This document shows positions 9,240-17,957 of a stretch of DNA of 33,807 nt, in pieces (position 1 is the first letter of the stretch; each line of letters begins with the position of its first letter). Below the pieces are notes generated by a model. That model was not told where the DNA came from and did not search any database. It saw only the letters and a program-made list of their open reading frames with translations. The DNA comes from a virus (lineage: Duplodnaviria > Heunggongvirae > Uroviricota > Caudoviricetes), in IMG/VR virus record IMGVR_UViG_2695420701_000007, positions 1 through 33,807 of that record. One strand, written 5' to 3'. The translations under genes and the position numbers were made by a program.

Positions 9240-9968
9240 TTATTTCCTCTTAATGTCCTGCGGCTTTGTCTGCCAGCCATAATTAATGCCCTGCAACTGG
9301 CGGGACAGTATCCGTGCAAATTCCTCGTTACTGACACCAAGGAACTGACGGGGTGGGATGGTTATCGTCCAGCAGCTTTTGGATGGTATGCCTTCCATGC
9401 TGCGGATAATCACGCCTGCCTGCCCTTTCGTGAGCGACGTCCGGATATCTGCCGTTGATGGTTTGCGGCGCGTCCCCTTTTTTTTGCCGCTCACCGTATA
9501 GCCCAGCTTGCGCAGCTTTATCGCCTGACGGCGGGAGCAGGGTTCCTTATTGGCTTTTTCCATCGCGTCGGTTTTCAGCTGCGATGCGTTCACTGTGAAC
9601 GTAACGCCATGGCTCTGGATATATCCCACTGCACCTACGCTGATTTCCCTGTGATTGTGGGGCTGGCGATAGCTCCTGCCTGCTGCGTATATACGCACCG
9701 ATTCTGCTGATGGCATGTCGTGCACTTTCAGAAATTTAGGGAGCCCCTTCAGCAGCGGTCTGTTGCCGTAGCGGCGTTCTGCAAAACTGCTGCCATCAAC
9801 ATTCTTTTGTTCGCGAACATGGCGCTTTGCGGCCGGAATAACGCCGCGTTTTGCGATACGCTGCAGCAGACGCTGTCGTTTTGCCGGGGGGATCTCACCG
9901 TTGGCCAGCATTGTCTGCAGTTGCTTAAGCTGCGTCCGGTTAAGTTCGCCGTGCAGGGAGATGTCCAT
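9240..9968 (-). CDS. Tail completion / virion morphogenesis protein (P2 gpS-like)
   Basis: 242 aa; VREQKNVDGSSFAERRYGNRPLL resembles the gpS family motif (QQKNPDGSPWAP-type); basic Lys/Arg-rich middle. Confidence 0.55.
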   Translation of the reverse strand: MDISLHGELNRTQLKQLQTMLANGEIPPAKRQRLLQRIAKRGVIPAAKRHVREQKNVDGSSFAERRYGNRPLLKGLPKFLKVHDMPSAESVRIYAAGRSYRQPHNHREISVGAVGYIQSHGVTFTVNASQLKTDAMEKANKEPCSRRQAIKLRKLGYTVSGKKKGTRRKPSTADIRTSLTKGQAGVIIRSMEGIPSKSCWTITIPPRQFLGVSNEEFARILSRQLQGINYGWQTKPQDIKRK

Positions 9969-9971
9969 TGT

Positions 9972-10451
9972 TTATTTCCCTGCCCTGATGGTGGATACAG
10001 TGATATTTTCTGCCACCCAGATCTCTGGCTTATCCAGCCGGTAACGGATGCCGCCCATCATGATAAAACCGGCCTCGTCCGGGATCAGAATGATGGGGTC
10101 AGCGAGAGGCATACTGACAGTCACTTCTGCAATGTTGTCGTCCGTGGGTTCGATGTTGACATCCGGCGCATCAAGCTCAAGCTGGCTGTAGTAGTCATTA
10201 GCCTGTTCGTCCCGCCAGACAAGCAGGGCGCATAACAGCAAATCAGGGTCAACCTGACGCCATGGCCAGCGCTGCCAGTCGAACACGGCGTTGTACTGGC
10301 GAATACCCATTCTTATCTGTCCAAGCCCCATGTCTTTCTCAGCGGGCAAAAGACGAATATCACTCATCCACGAATCAAAGCCGGTATTGTCAAACACGGA
10401 AATGTCAAACGCCTGCCGCAGATATGCATAAAGGCTGTCGAACTGGCTCAT
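9972..10451 (-). CDS. Tail completion protein (P2 gpR-like)
   Basis: 159 aa; LLLCALLVWRDEQ segment resembles the gpR family; located between L-like and S-like genes as in P2. Confidence 0.5.
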   Translation of the reverse strand: MSQFDSLYAYLRQAFDISVFDNTGFDSWMSDIRLLPAEKDMGLGQIRMGIRQYNAVFDWQRWPWRQVDPDLLLCALLVWRDEQANDYYSQLELDAPDVNIEPTDDNIAEVTVSMPLADPIILIPDEAGFIMMGGIRYRLDKPEIWVAENITVSTIRAGK

Positions 10452-10918
10452 AAGATGTACACCCCCACACGGCCTGCGCCCTGGATAGCACGCAGCACAA
10501 AGGCCGCTTCAGCAAGCAGGGTTTCGCGGGTGTCATTACTGTCGATATTGCTGTCGGCGTGGCGGGTGTTCACCGCCGTAAACTCACCGAGAAGATCGGC
10601 TTTGGCGCGGGCAAAGACCGCTTTTTTGTACTGTGCGCAAAGGGCGCTTTCTCCGTTAAGTTGCGGGCCTTCCACGTCCGCCGCCTGCGCTGTTCCCTGC
10701 ACTACGTAGCGGGATTTCACACCGGTCAGTGCGGTGTTCACCTCAAAGACGGCAGACAATAACGCCTGTTCTGCCAGTGATGCAGGGATATCCAGTGGGA
10801 TAGTTCGGCTTCTGCGAAAATCAGCCATGACCAGATCCGGCCAGAAGCCATCATTTTTAAGCATGCCTGTAGCAGTGTCTGTGTTCTGGTCTGTGCTGTA
10901 GCCTGGTTTCAGGTTCAT
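10448..10918 (-). CDS. L: Head completion/stabilisation protein (P2 gpL-like)
   Basis: Listed ORF 10448-11119 overlaps the terminase small-subunit gene; internal Met (MNLKPGYSTDQN..., complement of 10916-10918) gives about 156 aa with no overlap, matching gpL size and position. Confidence 0.6.
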   Translation of the reverse strand: MNLKPGYSTDQNTDTATGMLKNDGFWPDLVMADFRRSRTIPLDIPASLAEQALLSAVFEVNTALTGVKSRYVVQGTAQAADVEGPQLNGESALCAQYKKAVFARAKADLLGEFTAVNTRHADSNIDSNDTRETLLAEAAFVLRAIQGAGRVGVYIL

Positions 10919-11022
10919 GACTGATTCTCTGTGTAGGTCAGGTCGGGCGAACGGTTCCGTGGCATGACTGACGCTTGTGCGTGTCATCCTCACCGTGCCC
11001 GCCTGAAGCCGTGGGGCTTTCG

Positions 11023-11724
11023 TTATACCGCCCGTAATGCGCGCAGACGGGCGGCTATTTTGTTTTGTATGGCGCGAACACCTGCTTTGGGGGTGGTGCT
11101 GTGCGCACGGGCCATCCACTCATCGGCGCTACGTAGTTTCGCCACGTCGTAAATGGCGGCCGGGGTTGTCGGTTTGCCATCGCTGTCCCGTAACAGGTTA
11201 AGACCGGCGAATTTGTACCATCTGGCAACTATATCTTCGTGCAGTGTCCAGTCTTTTTCGATATGGCTCATCACGCGGCTGAAATAGGGCTCGACGGAAA
11301 GGCCTTTATCAAACTGAATCTGTGCCCACTGCATGACCTCATCGGCAACGAACGTTGGCAAATCACGGTCAAAGCGTGGTGGCATGGGTTGATTCTGCCC
11401 GATGGCGATATCGGCCCATTCCAGGGCTTTGTCCATTTCGCCGGTATCAAACAGCCAGACGATGCACCAGGTAAACGGGATGTATTTGTACTCCTCGCCG
11501 CTTTGCAGCCACGCCTCAATCGTCGGCATCCAGCGCGGCAGCAGGGATTCACGCTTGAATGCCACACGATCGGCGTTGGTGGCGCAACTGCTCACAGCCC
11601 TGCAGTCGATTTCCAGTTGCGCCAGTTGCAGATGAAGACTGTCGCGTACGGTCAGTGCCTCGTGGCGTTCCATCGCCTGCTGCGCGGCCAGTCTGGCTCT
11701 GAACTTTTGCGCCGGAGTCTGCAT
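11023..11724 (-). CDS. M: Terminase endonuclease (small) subunit, P2 gpM-like
   Basis: 233 aa; position after capsid gene, Trp-rich acidic protein typical of gpM. Confidence 0.65.
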   Translation of the reverse strand: MQTPAQKFRARLAAQQAMERHEALTVRDSLHLQLAQLEIDCRAVSSCATNADRVAFKRESLLPRWMPTIEAWLQSGEEYKYIPFTWCIVWLFDTGEMDKALEWADIAIGQNQPMPPRFDRDLPTFVADEVMQWAQIQFDKGLSVEPYFSRVMSHIEKDWTLHEDIVARWYKFAGLNLLRDSDGKPTTPAAIYDVAKLRSADEWMARAHSTTPKAGVRAIQNKIAARLRALRAV

Positions 11725-11735
11725 ACGTCAGACCG

Positions 11736-12785
11736 TTATGCTACCTGGTTTGGTTTCGCATGTTCAGGTGATGGCAGTCCCGCCAGTTCAATGTTGTCAA
11801 ATGAACCGTAGAGTGCGTCATATTCCACGGCGCAACCCTGCATACGCAGCCAGTTGTTTTCGAAGCGTTTGCGGTCATCAATCCATTCAGCACGGCGTTG
11901 CTGTGTTCCGCGCTGGAAGTACATATGCAGATTCCAGAGCGTGGTGACAACCAGGCGGTTATCCGGCATAAATGGCGGACTGAATGACTTGCGTCCGGCG
12001 ATCTCACGGTTGATAAGCTGGGCGGCGACTTTTTCTGTCGGGCGGTCGATGCGGTTCAGCATACTGACCGTATCTGCTGCGATAATGTTCTGTGATACCA
12101 GTACAACCAGATCCGGGTGTTGACGGAATTCGGGTGGAATGCAGGTATTAATTACATCGGCGGCAATAGCATCAACAGACGTAAAATCAGCCCCGGTTCC
12201 TGTACGGTTCAATACGACCTTGTCAGTAATGATCTGTTTTGGTGTGCGCGCTTTAACAATCTGATGCCATCCCGGGTGAATATCTTCCCCGTTCGGGCAG
12301 GTATCAGGATTGGTTTCATCTGCGGCATGCGTACCGTTCAGTGCCACGCGTAACAGGTCGTTGGTGACTGACTTGTAAAAGAACGCCTGAAGACGGTTAT
12401 AGAACTCGTTTTCGGTGCCTGCGTTTGCCCAGTTGGTCAGGGTGGTGTAGTCCAGGAATGAACCGGAATCCACTTCGTAAAGCTTGTACTCGTTGCCTTC
12501 ACTCCCCAGCGCTTTATTGAAGCGTCCGTCTTTCTTGCGCCCGGTATACAGCCCCGGAATTCCGGTACTGACTACCTGGCCGACAAGCTGTTCGACCAGC
12601 ATGACGGTGATCTTGCCCATGAACGGGTCGGCATTCTCAATCAGGGCATCGCGTAGCAGGGTTTCACGTGGTGGGCTGATGGTAAAAAACTGTTGTGCTG
12701 TAAATACGCCATTGGCTTTTGCCATCGAAATGGCGTAATTACGCAAAAACTTTTGCGCCTGTGGTGATAACATCTGTGCGGCCAT
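11736..12785 (-). CDS. N: Major capsid protein, P2 gpN-like
   Basis: 349 aa, follows the scaffold gene; size and order as P2 N. Confidence 0.75.
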   Translation of the reverse strand: MAAQMLSPQAQKFLRNYAISMAKANGVFTAQQFFTISPPRETLLRDALIENADPFMGKITVMLVEQLVGQVVSTGIPGLYTGRKKDGRFNKALGSEGNEYKLYEVDSGSFLDYTTLTNWANAGTENEFYNRLQAFFYKSVTNDLLRVALNGTHAADETNPDTCPNGEDIHPGWHQIVKARTPKQIITDKVVLNRTGTGADFTSVDAIAADVINTCIPPEFRQHPDLVVLVSQNIIAADTVSMLNRIDRPTEKVAAQLINREIAGRKSFSPPFMPDNRLVVTTLWNLHMYFQRGTQQRRAEWIDDRKRFENNWLRMQGCAVEYDALYGSFDNIELAGLPSPEHAKPNQVA

Positions 12786-12832
12786 TGGTTTTTCTCCGGT
12801 TGGTCCTTTTGTCTGTTTTTCTCAACGACCGC

Positions 12833-13945
12833 TTACAGCGGTTCAAACTGCGCGGGTTGTTCGCCGGGGGCTGCGCCCGGCGTCGGTGTGCGCTGGCTTT
12901 CAATGACCGAAAAACGCTGGCTCAGATTTTCGATTGCACTGGTAAGCGTTGTCAGTGTGGCGGCGTCGGCCTCATCATCTTTTTCCGTCTTCCGGGTACT
13001 GAAATTCTGCGCTGCGGCTGGCGCTGGCTGTTGTCCGCCATTACGGGCGGCGATACGTGCCTGGAGTTTTGCGGTTTCAGCATCCTGTGGCTGCACCGTA
13101 AAGGTGTTAAGTGCGGTCTGTAGCTCCGTCACGGCGGTGGTGTAGTTCTGGCGTGCCGTGTCGTCTTTCGGGTTGATGGCCAGTGTGTCAGTGGCAACGG
13201 AAAGCTTTTCACTCAGCTCCGCAACGTGATTAGCGTGAGCGCTGAAATCCCCGGTTACTGGCTGTGTGTCTGCTGTTGCGGATGCCGTGGGCTGCGCCGG
13301 TGCGGGTTGCTGTGCCTGTGGTTGCGTGTTCGCCTGCGCGTCAATTTTTGCCGTCAGAGTGACAATCTGGGCTAGCAACTGGTTCGCCTGTTCTTTAGTC
13401 ATGGATTTATCCTCATGATGGTTTGTTGGGGTGTCAGCGACCAGCGTCAGACGCCCAAGACTGAACATTTCAATATTTCCAGCGGCGGCATACTGCGGAC
13501 GTGAGCCCTGTGTGTTGTTTTCCACTGATTTGATTTCCATGCGCTGGGTTCCCAGACTTGCCGGACTGTCGGTTGCTGCCAGCCCGTACAGATAGGTTTG
13601 CCCGGTGTTGGCATAGTTCTCCCAGAACTCGCACGAGGTAAAGAGCTTCTGGCCGCGATCGTTAAGGTTAACCAGCGCCTGGTTAGGCTCCAGCTTCGCC
13701 ATAAGGCGCAGTCTTCCGGCGTCTTCTTTAGCCGCCAGCTCGGAAACAAGCCCCAGATTGGGGGTAAATTCTCGCTCCTGAAGACTGTATACGGGGTGAT
13801 TAGGCCAGATCATCGCTGTGTATCTGGCGGTGCTGTAGTTGTCAGCGGCCTGCTGGATCATTTCGCGGGTAATGGGGCGACCGTCGATGGCGTAGCCTTC
13901 GGTTGCTATGCATATCCAGTCAGTGGTGTATTTCTGCTTTGCCAT
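12833..13945 (-). CDS. O: Capsid scaffolding protein, P2 gpO-like
   Basis: Listed ORF 12833-14005; likely start at internal Met MAKQKYTTDW... (complement of 13943-13945). Contains NYANTGQTYLYGLAATDSPASLGTQ, matching the conserved gpO block, plus a long Q/A/P-rich low-complexity linker. Confidence 0.75.
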   Translation of the reverse strand: MAKQKYTTDWICIATEGYAIDGRPITREMIQQAADNYSTARYTAMIWPNHPVYSLQEREFTPNLGLVSELAAKEDAGRLRLMAKLEPNQALVNLNDRGQKLFTSCEFWENYANTGQTYLYGLAATDSPASLGTQRMEIKSVENNTQGSRPQYAAAGNIEMFSLGRLTLVADTPTNHHEDKSMTKEQANQLLAQIVTLTAKIDAQANTQPQAQQPAPAQPTASATADTQPVTGDFSAHANHVAELSEKLSVATDTLAINPKDDTARQNYTTAVTELQTALNTFTVQPQDAETAKLQARIAARNGGQQPAPAAAQNFSTRKTEKDDEADAATLTTLTSAIENLSQRFSVIESQRTPTPGAAPGEQPAQFEPL

Positions 13946-14102
13946 TTCATTACCGCTTTTTGATGTATCTGGCGGTATTATTGCGGCTGTTTTCGCGGGT
14001 TTCATTCGTTCTGAATCCGGGCTTTTCGTATATGATTTTATGTGCGAAAAATGCCAAAATTTAACGATATTTCAGAGTGTTATTGCTCTTTATGATGGGC
14101 GA

Positions 14103-15926
14103 ATGAAATATACCGAAGAAGTCAGGGACGCTGCCCGCGCCCTGTATCTGAAATTCAGTACACCAAAAGAGATAGCGGCCACGCTGGGGCTTCCTGTGCG
14201 TACCGTTTATAACTGGGCTGTCCGGGGGCAATGGAATGAAATGTTACCAGCCGAGTCGGTGGAAGTGGCTGTCGCCCGGCGAGTGGAACGACTGACCTGC
14301 AAGGATGGTAAAAGCGAGCTTGAGCTTGAAGAGCTGCGCTTCCTGATATCCCAGCACGTCAGGCTGATGGCGCAGAAGAACAAACATGCTGAACGGATGG
14401 AAGAGATCCGGGCGATGGTCAATACCGGCGTGGTGGTCAATGATGGCCGACAGGGTAGCAGTGAAGAAGGGAATGACGAAGGTGGTAAAAAAAGGAAGCG
14501 ACTACGTAAAAATGATGTCGGCGGACTGACAAAAGAAATATTTGATGAAAAAGCGAATGGTCATCTGTTTGAATATCAGCAATATGTGCGTGAGCACGGC
14601 GACGAACTGTTCCGCTTCATTCTGAAAGGGCGACAGGAAGGATTTACCTACTATTTTGCATGGGAAGGGTTTGAAAAGGCCGTTCTCACGGGCAAGAATC
14701 AGATATTCTTTTCCGCCAGTAAACCCCAGGCGGAAGTTTTCCGTTTCTATATTCTCAGTATTGCGCAGCAATTCTTTGGTGTCGAGCTTAAAGGCAACCC
14801 GATTCGCCTCAGCAATGGTGCGATACTGCGTTTTCTGGCGACCAATCCCAATACGGCGCAGTCCTACAGTGGCGACCTGTACGGGGATGAGGTCTTCTGG
14901 ATACCGAAATTTGCCCGCCTGCATGAAGTGGCGTCAGCGATGGCGACGCATGACGAATTCCGTATTACCTACTTTTCAACCCCCAGCGCTAAAACGCACC
15001 AGGCTTACAGGCTGTGGACAGGGGATGAATGGAAGGGCGACGATCCGAAACGTAAGGCGGCGGAGTTCCCGACCAGCAAGGAATTGCGTAAAGGTGGACG
15101 GGTCTGCCCTGACGGGATCTGGCGCTATGTCATCACTATGGAGGATGCGTGCGCTAAGGGACTCAGTGCCAGAGTTAACATTGAGAAGCTGCGTAACCGC
15201 TACAGCGCCACGGCGTTTGCCATGCTGTACATGTGTGAGTTCACTGACTCCCGCGACACAGTATTTAAATTCTCAGACCTTGAAAAATGTGAGGTTGAGT
15301 TCGGCATCTGGCAGGACTTCGACCCCTCCGCATTACGGCCTTTTGGTAATCGTGAGGTGTGGGGCGGTTTTGATCCGTCACGAACGGGTGATAACTCAAC
15401 ATTTGTTATTGTGGCCCCGCCTGTTGAGTCTAAAGAAAAATTTCGCGTGCTGGCTGTCTACCAGTGGGTGGGGCTTAACTTCACCTGGCAGGTTAAGCAG
15501 ATTGAAGAATTAATGAAACGCTACCGGTTTACGCATATCGGGGTGGATATCACGGGTATTGGCCGGGGTGTTTATGATCAACTGGTACGCTCCGCACCGC
15601 GTGAGGTGATGGGGATTAACTACAGTGTTGATAATAAAAATAAACTGGTGCTTAAGATGATTGACCTCATTGAGCGGCGACGTATCCAGTGGGTGAAAGA
15701 TGCGGTTGATGAGGTGACAAAAGAACGTGCCGATATCCCGCTGGCATTTATGGCCATCCGCCGTGTAATGACTGCCAGTCAGAACGCAATGACGTTCGCC
15801 GCCGAACGCAGCGAAACGACCGGTCACGCGGACGTATTTTTTGCCATATCGCACGCGGTCTGTAATGAACCGCTCGACTATGAATATGACCGCCCCTCGG
15901 TGTGGGCATTCGGGAAGGCTGCATGA
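14103..15926 (+). CDS. P: Terminase ATPase (large) subunit, P2 gpP-like
   Basis: Listed ORF 13908-15926 overlaps the divergent gpO start; likely start at MKYTEEVRDAARALYL (about 14103). About 608 aa, divergent from O as in the P2 PQ / ONML arrangement. Confidence 0.8.
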   Translation: MKYTEEVRDAARALYLKFSTPKEIAATLGLPVRTVYNWAVRGQWNEMLPAESVEVAVARRVERLTCKDGKSELELEELRFLISQHVRLMAQKNKHAERMEEIRAMVNTGVVVNDGRQGSSEEGNDEGGKKRKRLRKNDVGGLTKEIFDEKANGHLFEYQQYVREHGDELFRFILKGRQEGFTYYFAWEGFEKAVLTGKNQIFFSASKPQAEVFRFYILSIAQQFFGVELKGNPIRLSNGAILRFLATNPNTAQSYSGDLYGDEVFWIPKFARLHEVASAMATHDEFRITYFSTPSAKTHQAYRLWTGDEWKGDDPKRKAAEFPTSKELRKGGRVCPDGIWRYVITMEDACAKGLSARVNIEKLRNRYSATAFAMLYMCEFTDSRDTVFKFSDLEKCEVEFGIWQDFDPSALRPFGNREVWGGFDPSRTGDNSTFVIVAPPVESKEKFRVLAVYQWVGLNFTWQVKQIEELMKRYRFTHIGVDITGIGRGVYDQLVRSAPREVMGINYSVDNKNKLVLKMIDLIERRRIQWVKDAVDEVTKERADIPLAFMAIRRVMTASQNAMTFAAERSETTGHADVFFAISHAVCNEPLDYEYDRPSVWAFGKAA

Positions 15927-16978
15927 GTAAACGTAAAAGCGCACGCCTGCGTAAACGGGCACAGACAGAAAATTTTACTCCCGGACGCGGCAATATTATC
16001 ACTTTCGGGGAGCCGGAACCGATACTGACTACCGGCACGGAATACATCAACGTCTGGTATAACGGTAGCTACAACTACTGGACACTACCAATAGACAGAC
16101 TTGCGCTCGCGCAGTTGCCGAATCTTAACGCCCAGCATGGCGGCGTACTGTATGCACGCAAAAATATGGTGTGTGCCAGCTACCAGGGGGGTGGACTGAC
16201 GACCGATCAGATGGAAATGGCTGTCTTTGACTACCTGCTGTTTGGTGATGTGGCCATTCTGAAGGTCCGTAACGGGTGGGGACGGGTGGTGGCGCTGGCA
16301 CCATTACCGTCTTTGTATCTGCGTCGCAGCAAGCAACTTGATTTTATCGTGTTACAGGAGGGCGAGCCGCTGGTCTATTCGCCGTCTGATGTTGTGTTTT
16401 TACGTATGCATGATCCGCGACAGCAGATTTATGGACTGCCTGATTATATCGGTGGTATTCATTCAGCGTTACTGAACAGTGAGGCGACCATTTTCAGACG
16501 TCGCTACTATCACAACGGTGCGCATATGGGGTTCATCATGTACGCGTCCGACCCGAATATGTCTGTTGAGGCTGAAGAAGCTATACGTAAAAAAATAGAG
16601 AGCGGTAACGGGCTTGGGAATTTCCGTAACATGTTTATCAGTATCCCAAAAGGGCAACCGGACGGGATTAAAATTATTCCGGTTGGGGATATTCAGCAAA
16701 AAGATGAGTTTTCAAATGTGAAGAATATCAGCGCTCAGGATGTTCTTACGGCGCACCGCTTTCCGGCTGGTCTTGCCGGTATTATCCCGCAAAATGCGAG
16801 CGGACTTGGCGATCCCGATAAGGCAAGGACAACCTATGGACGGGATGAAGTGACACCTGTCTGCCGTAAATTCATGCAGGCTGTGAACAGCGATCCCGAA
16901 ATCCCCCCGTCGTTACACCTTAATTTTACGCTGGAAGATGTGGAAAATGTGGTGTCTGCGCTGGCTGATGAAAAATAA
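15923..16978 (+). CDS. Q: Portal protein, P2 gpQ-like
   Basis: Listed ORF 15902-16978; probable start at MSKRKSARLRK overlapping the terminase stop; FGEPEPIL near the N-terminus as in gpQ-type portals. Confidence 0.75.
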   Translation: MSKRKSARLRKRAQTENFTPGRGNIITFGEPEPILTTGTEYINVWYNGSYNYWTLPIDRLALAQLPNLNAQHGGVLYARKNMVCASYQGGGLTTDQMEMAVFDYLLFGDVAILKVRNGWGRVVALAPLPSLYLRRSKQLDFIVLQEGEPLVYSPSDVVFLRMHDPRQQIYGLPDYIGGIHSALLNSEATIFRRRYYHNGAHMGFIMYASDPNMSVEAEEAIRKKIESGNGLGNFRNMFISIPKGQPDGIKIIPVGDIQQKDEFSNVKNISAQDVLTAHRFPAGLAGIIPQNASGLGDPDKARTTYGRDEVTPVCRKFMQAVNSDPEIPPSLHLNFTLEDVENVVSALADEK

Positions 16979-17040
16979 CCCGAAAAAGACTATATTACCC
17001 CTGCAACCGGTCAGATTGTGGGGGGGTTATGGCGGGTGTG

Positions 17041-17304
17041 ATGAAAATTGAATGTCCGGCGTGTCACTGCCGGGCGGCTATACGCAAAACTGCATGGCAG
17101 GATGACGCAAAAACGCTGGCGGTAGTTTATTGCACCTGCACTAATTCTGACTGCAATATGCGTTTTTCGCTCAATCTTTCCGATCTTCGCGTGATTTCAC
17201 CCAGTGACCTGCAAACTGATGGTGTCGTTAAAGCATTGCTCCAGCGCCTTAAACCAGACGAAAGGCAAATGGCACTGGATATTCTGCTCAGTGATGGCGC
17301 GTAA
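17041..17304 (+). CDS. ogr: Ogr/Delta-like zinc-finger late-gene activator
   Basis: Listed ORF 17029-17304; likely start MKIECPACHC...; Cys pattern CPAC-x-C ... CTCTNSDC matches the Ogr/Delta C4 zinc finger. Confidence 0.7.
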   Translation: MKIECPACHCRAAIRKTAWQDDAKTLAVVYCTCTNSDCNMRFSLNLSDLRVISPSDLQTDGVVKALLQRLKPDERQMALDILLSDGA

Positions 17305-17386
17305 GTGCCATTCTGTGGGGCGGTGGATCTTCCGCTTCCTCGCCCTGACAGACTCACCGCTATGCGGTTCGCTAATCAGGGGCTGC

Positions 17387-17403
17387 GGCGAGCGGTTTTG
17401 CAC
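17387..17403. other. Candidate cos (cohesive end) site
   Basis: GGCGAGCGGTTTTGCAC resembles the P2 cos core GGCGAGGCGGGGAAAGCAC as I recall it; lies in a convergent intergenic region downstream of Q and ogr. Confidence 0.3.
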
Positions 17404-17438
17404 AATATGATCCAGTACAGCAACAGAGAGATTTAGTT

Positions 17439-17957
17439 TTATTCGAAGCTGGCAAGAATCTGTTCTCGAACAGAAGATTTCATCGTTAACCCACGATCCA
17501 GGAAAAATTGGAAATGCATTAAGGCTTGTTGTTTGTGGATAAATCTCCTGCGCACAGCCTCCTGGAGTAGCCCTCCGTGGCGGGCGGCTTTTACACCGCG
17601 TTCCGCACACGTTTTATAAACCGCATTATCCGCCGAAAGACATGTTGCATCATGTATTCTCGCGTTAACAACGCAGCTTATGTCCGCATACTTCAATGCT
17701 CTCCTGCGATTTTTTATCTCAGCCATTTCAATAAAATGTTCAGGTTCGTAATCATTGGTGAAATTGTATGGAAGTTGCAGGCGTGTAAGCTGTTCCTGAA
17801 CATCAAGATTGTATTTAGCTTTTAGTTCCTCGCAGACATAGGGGTCAATCCACACACCACCCGGGTAAATTTGCCAGATAAGATCTAAGCATTTACCTTC
17901 GTAAAAATCAGACAGTACATTCGTATCGATAACACATCTGGGGCATTCAAACGGCAT
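17439..17957 (-). CDS. PIN-like domain protein (DUF4411-like), putative toxin/nuclease
   Basis: Listed ORF 17439-17990; probable start MPFECPRCVIDTNVLSDFYEG (complement of 17955-17957), overlapping the upstream gene stop by about 11 nt. VIDTNVL is the typical N-terminal strand-1 motif of PIN domains; region is AT-rich. Confidence 0.55.
   Translation of the reverse strand: MPFECPRCVIDTNVLSDFYEGKCLDLIWQIYPGGVWIDPYVCEELKAKYNLDVQEQLTRLQLPYNFTNDYEPEHFIEMAEIKNRRRALKYADISCVVNARIHDATCLSADNAVYKTCAERGVKAARHGGLLQEAVRRRFIHKQQALMHFQFFLDRGLTMKSSVREQILASFE

Noticed and set aside
13908-14102. N-terminal extension of the listed 672-aa terminase ORF
   Set aside because: It overlaps the divergent scaffold gene start on the opposite strand; a start at MKYTEEV (about 14103) gives a P2-sized terminase.
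14006-14102. Ogr-type late promoter (TGT-N12-ACA) in the divergent P/O intergenic region
   Set aside because: No exact TGT-N12-ACA dyad found by eye on either strand, so no site is called; a degenerate site may still exist.
14656-15513. 285-aa plus-strand ORF inside the terminase gene in another frame
   Set aside because: Arg/Ser-rich low-complexity translation fully contained in the well-supported terminase frame; typical alternative-frame artefact in GC-rich DNA.
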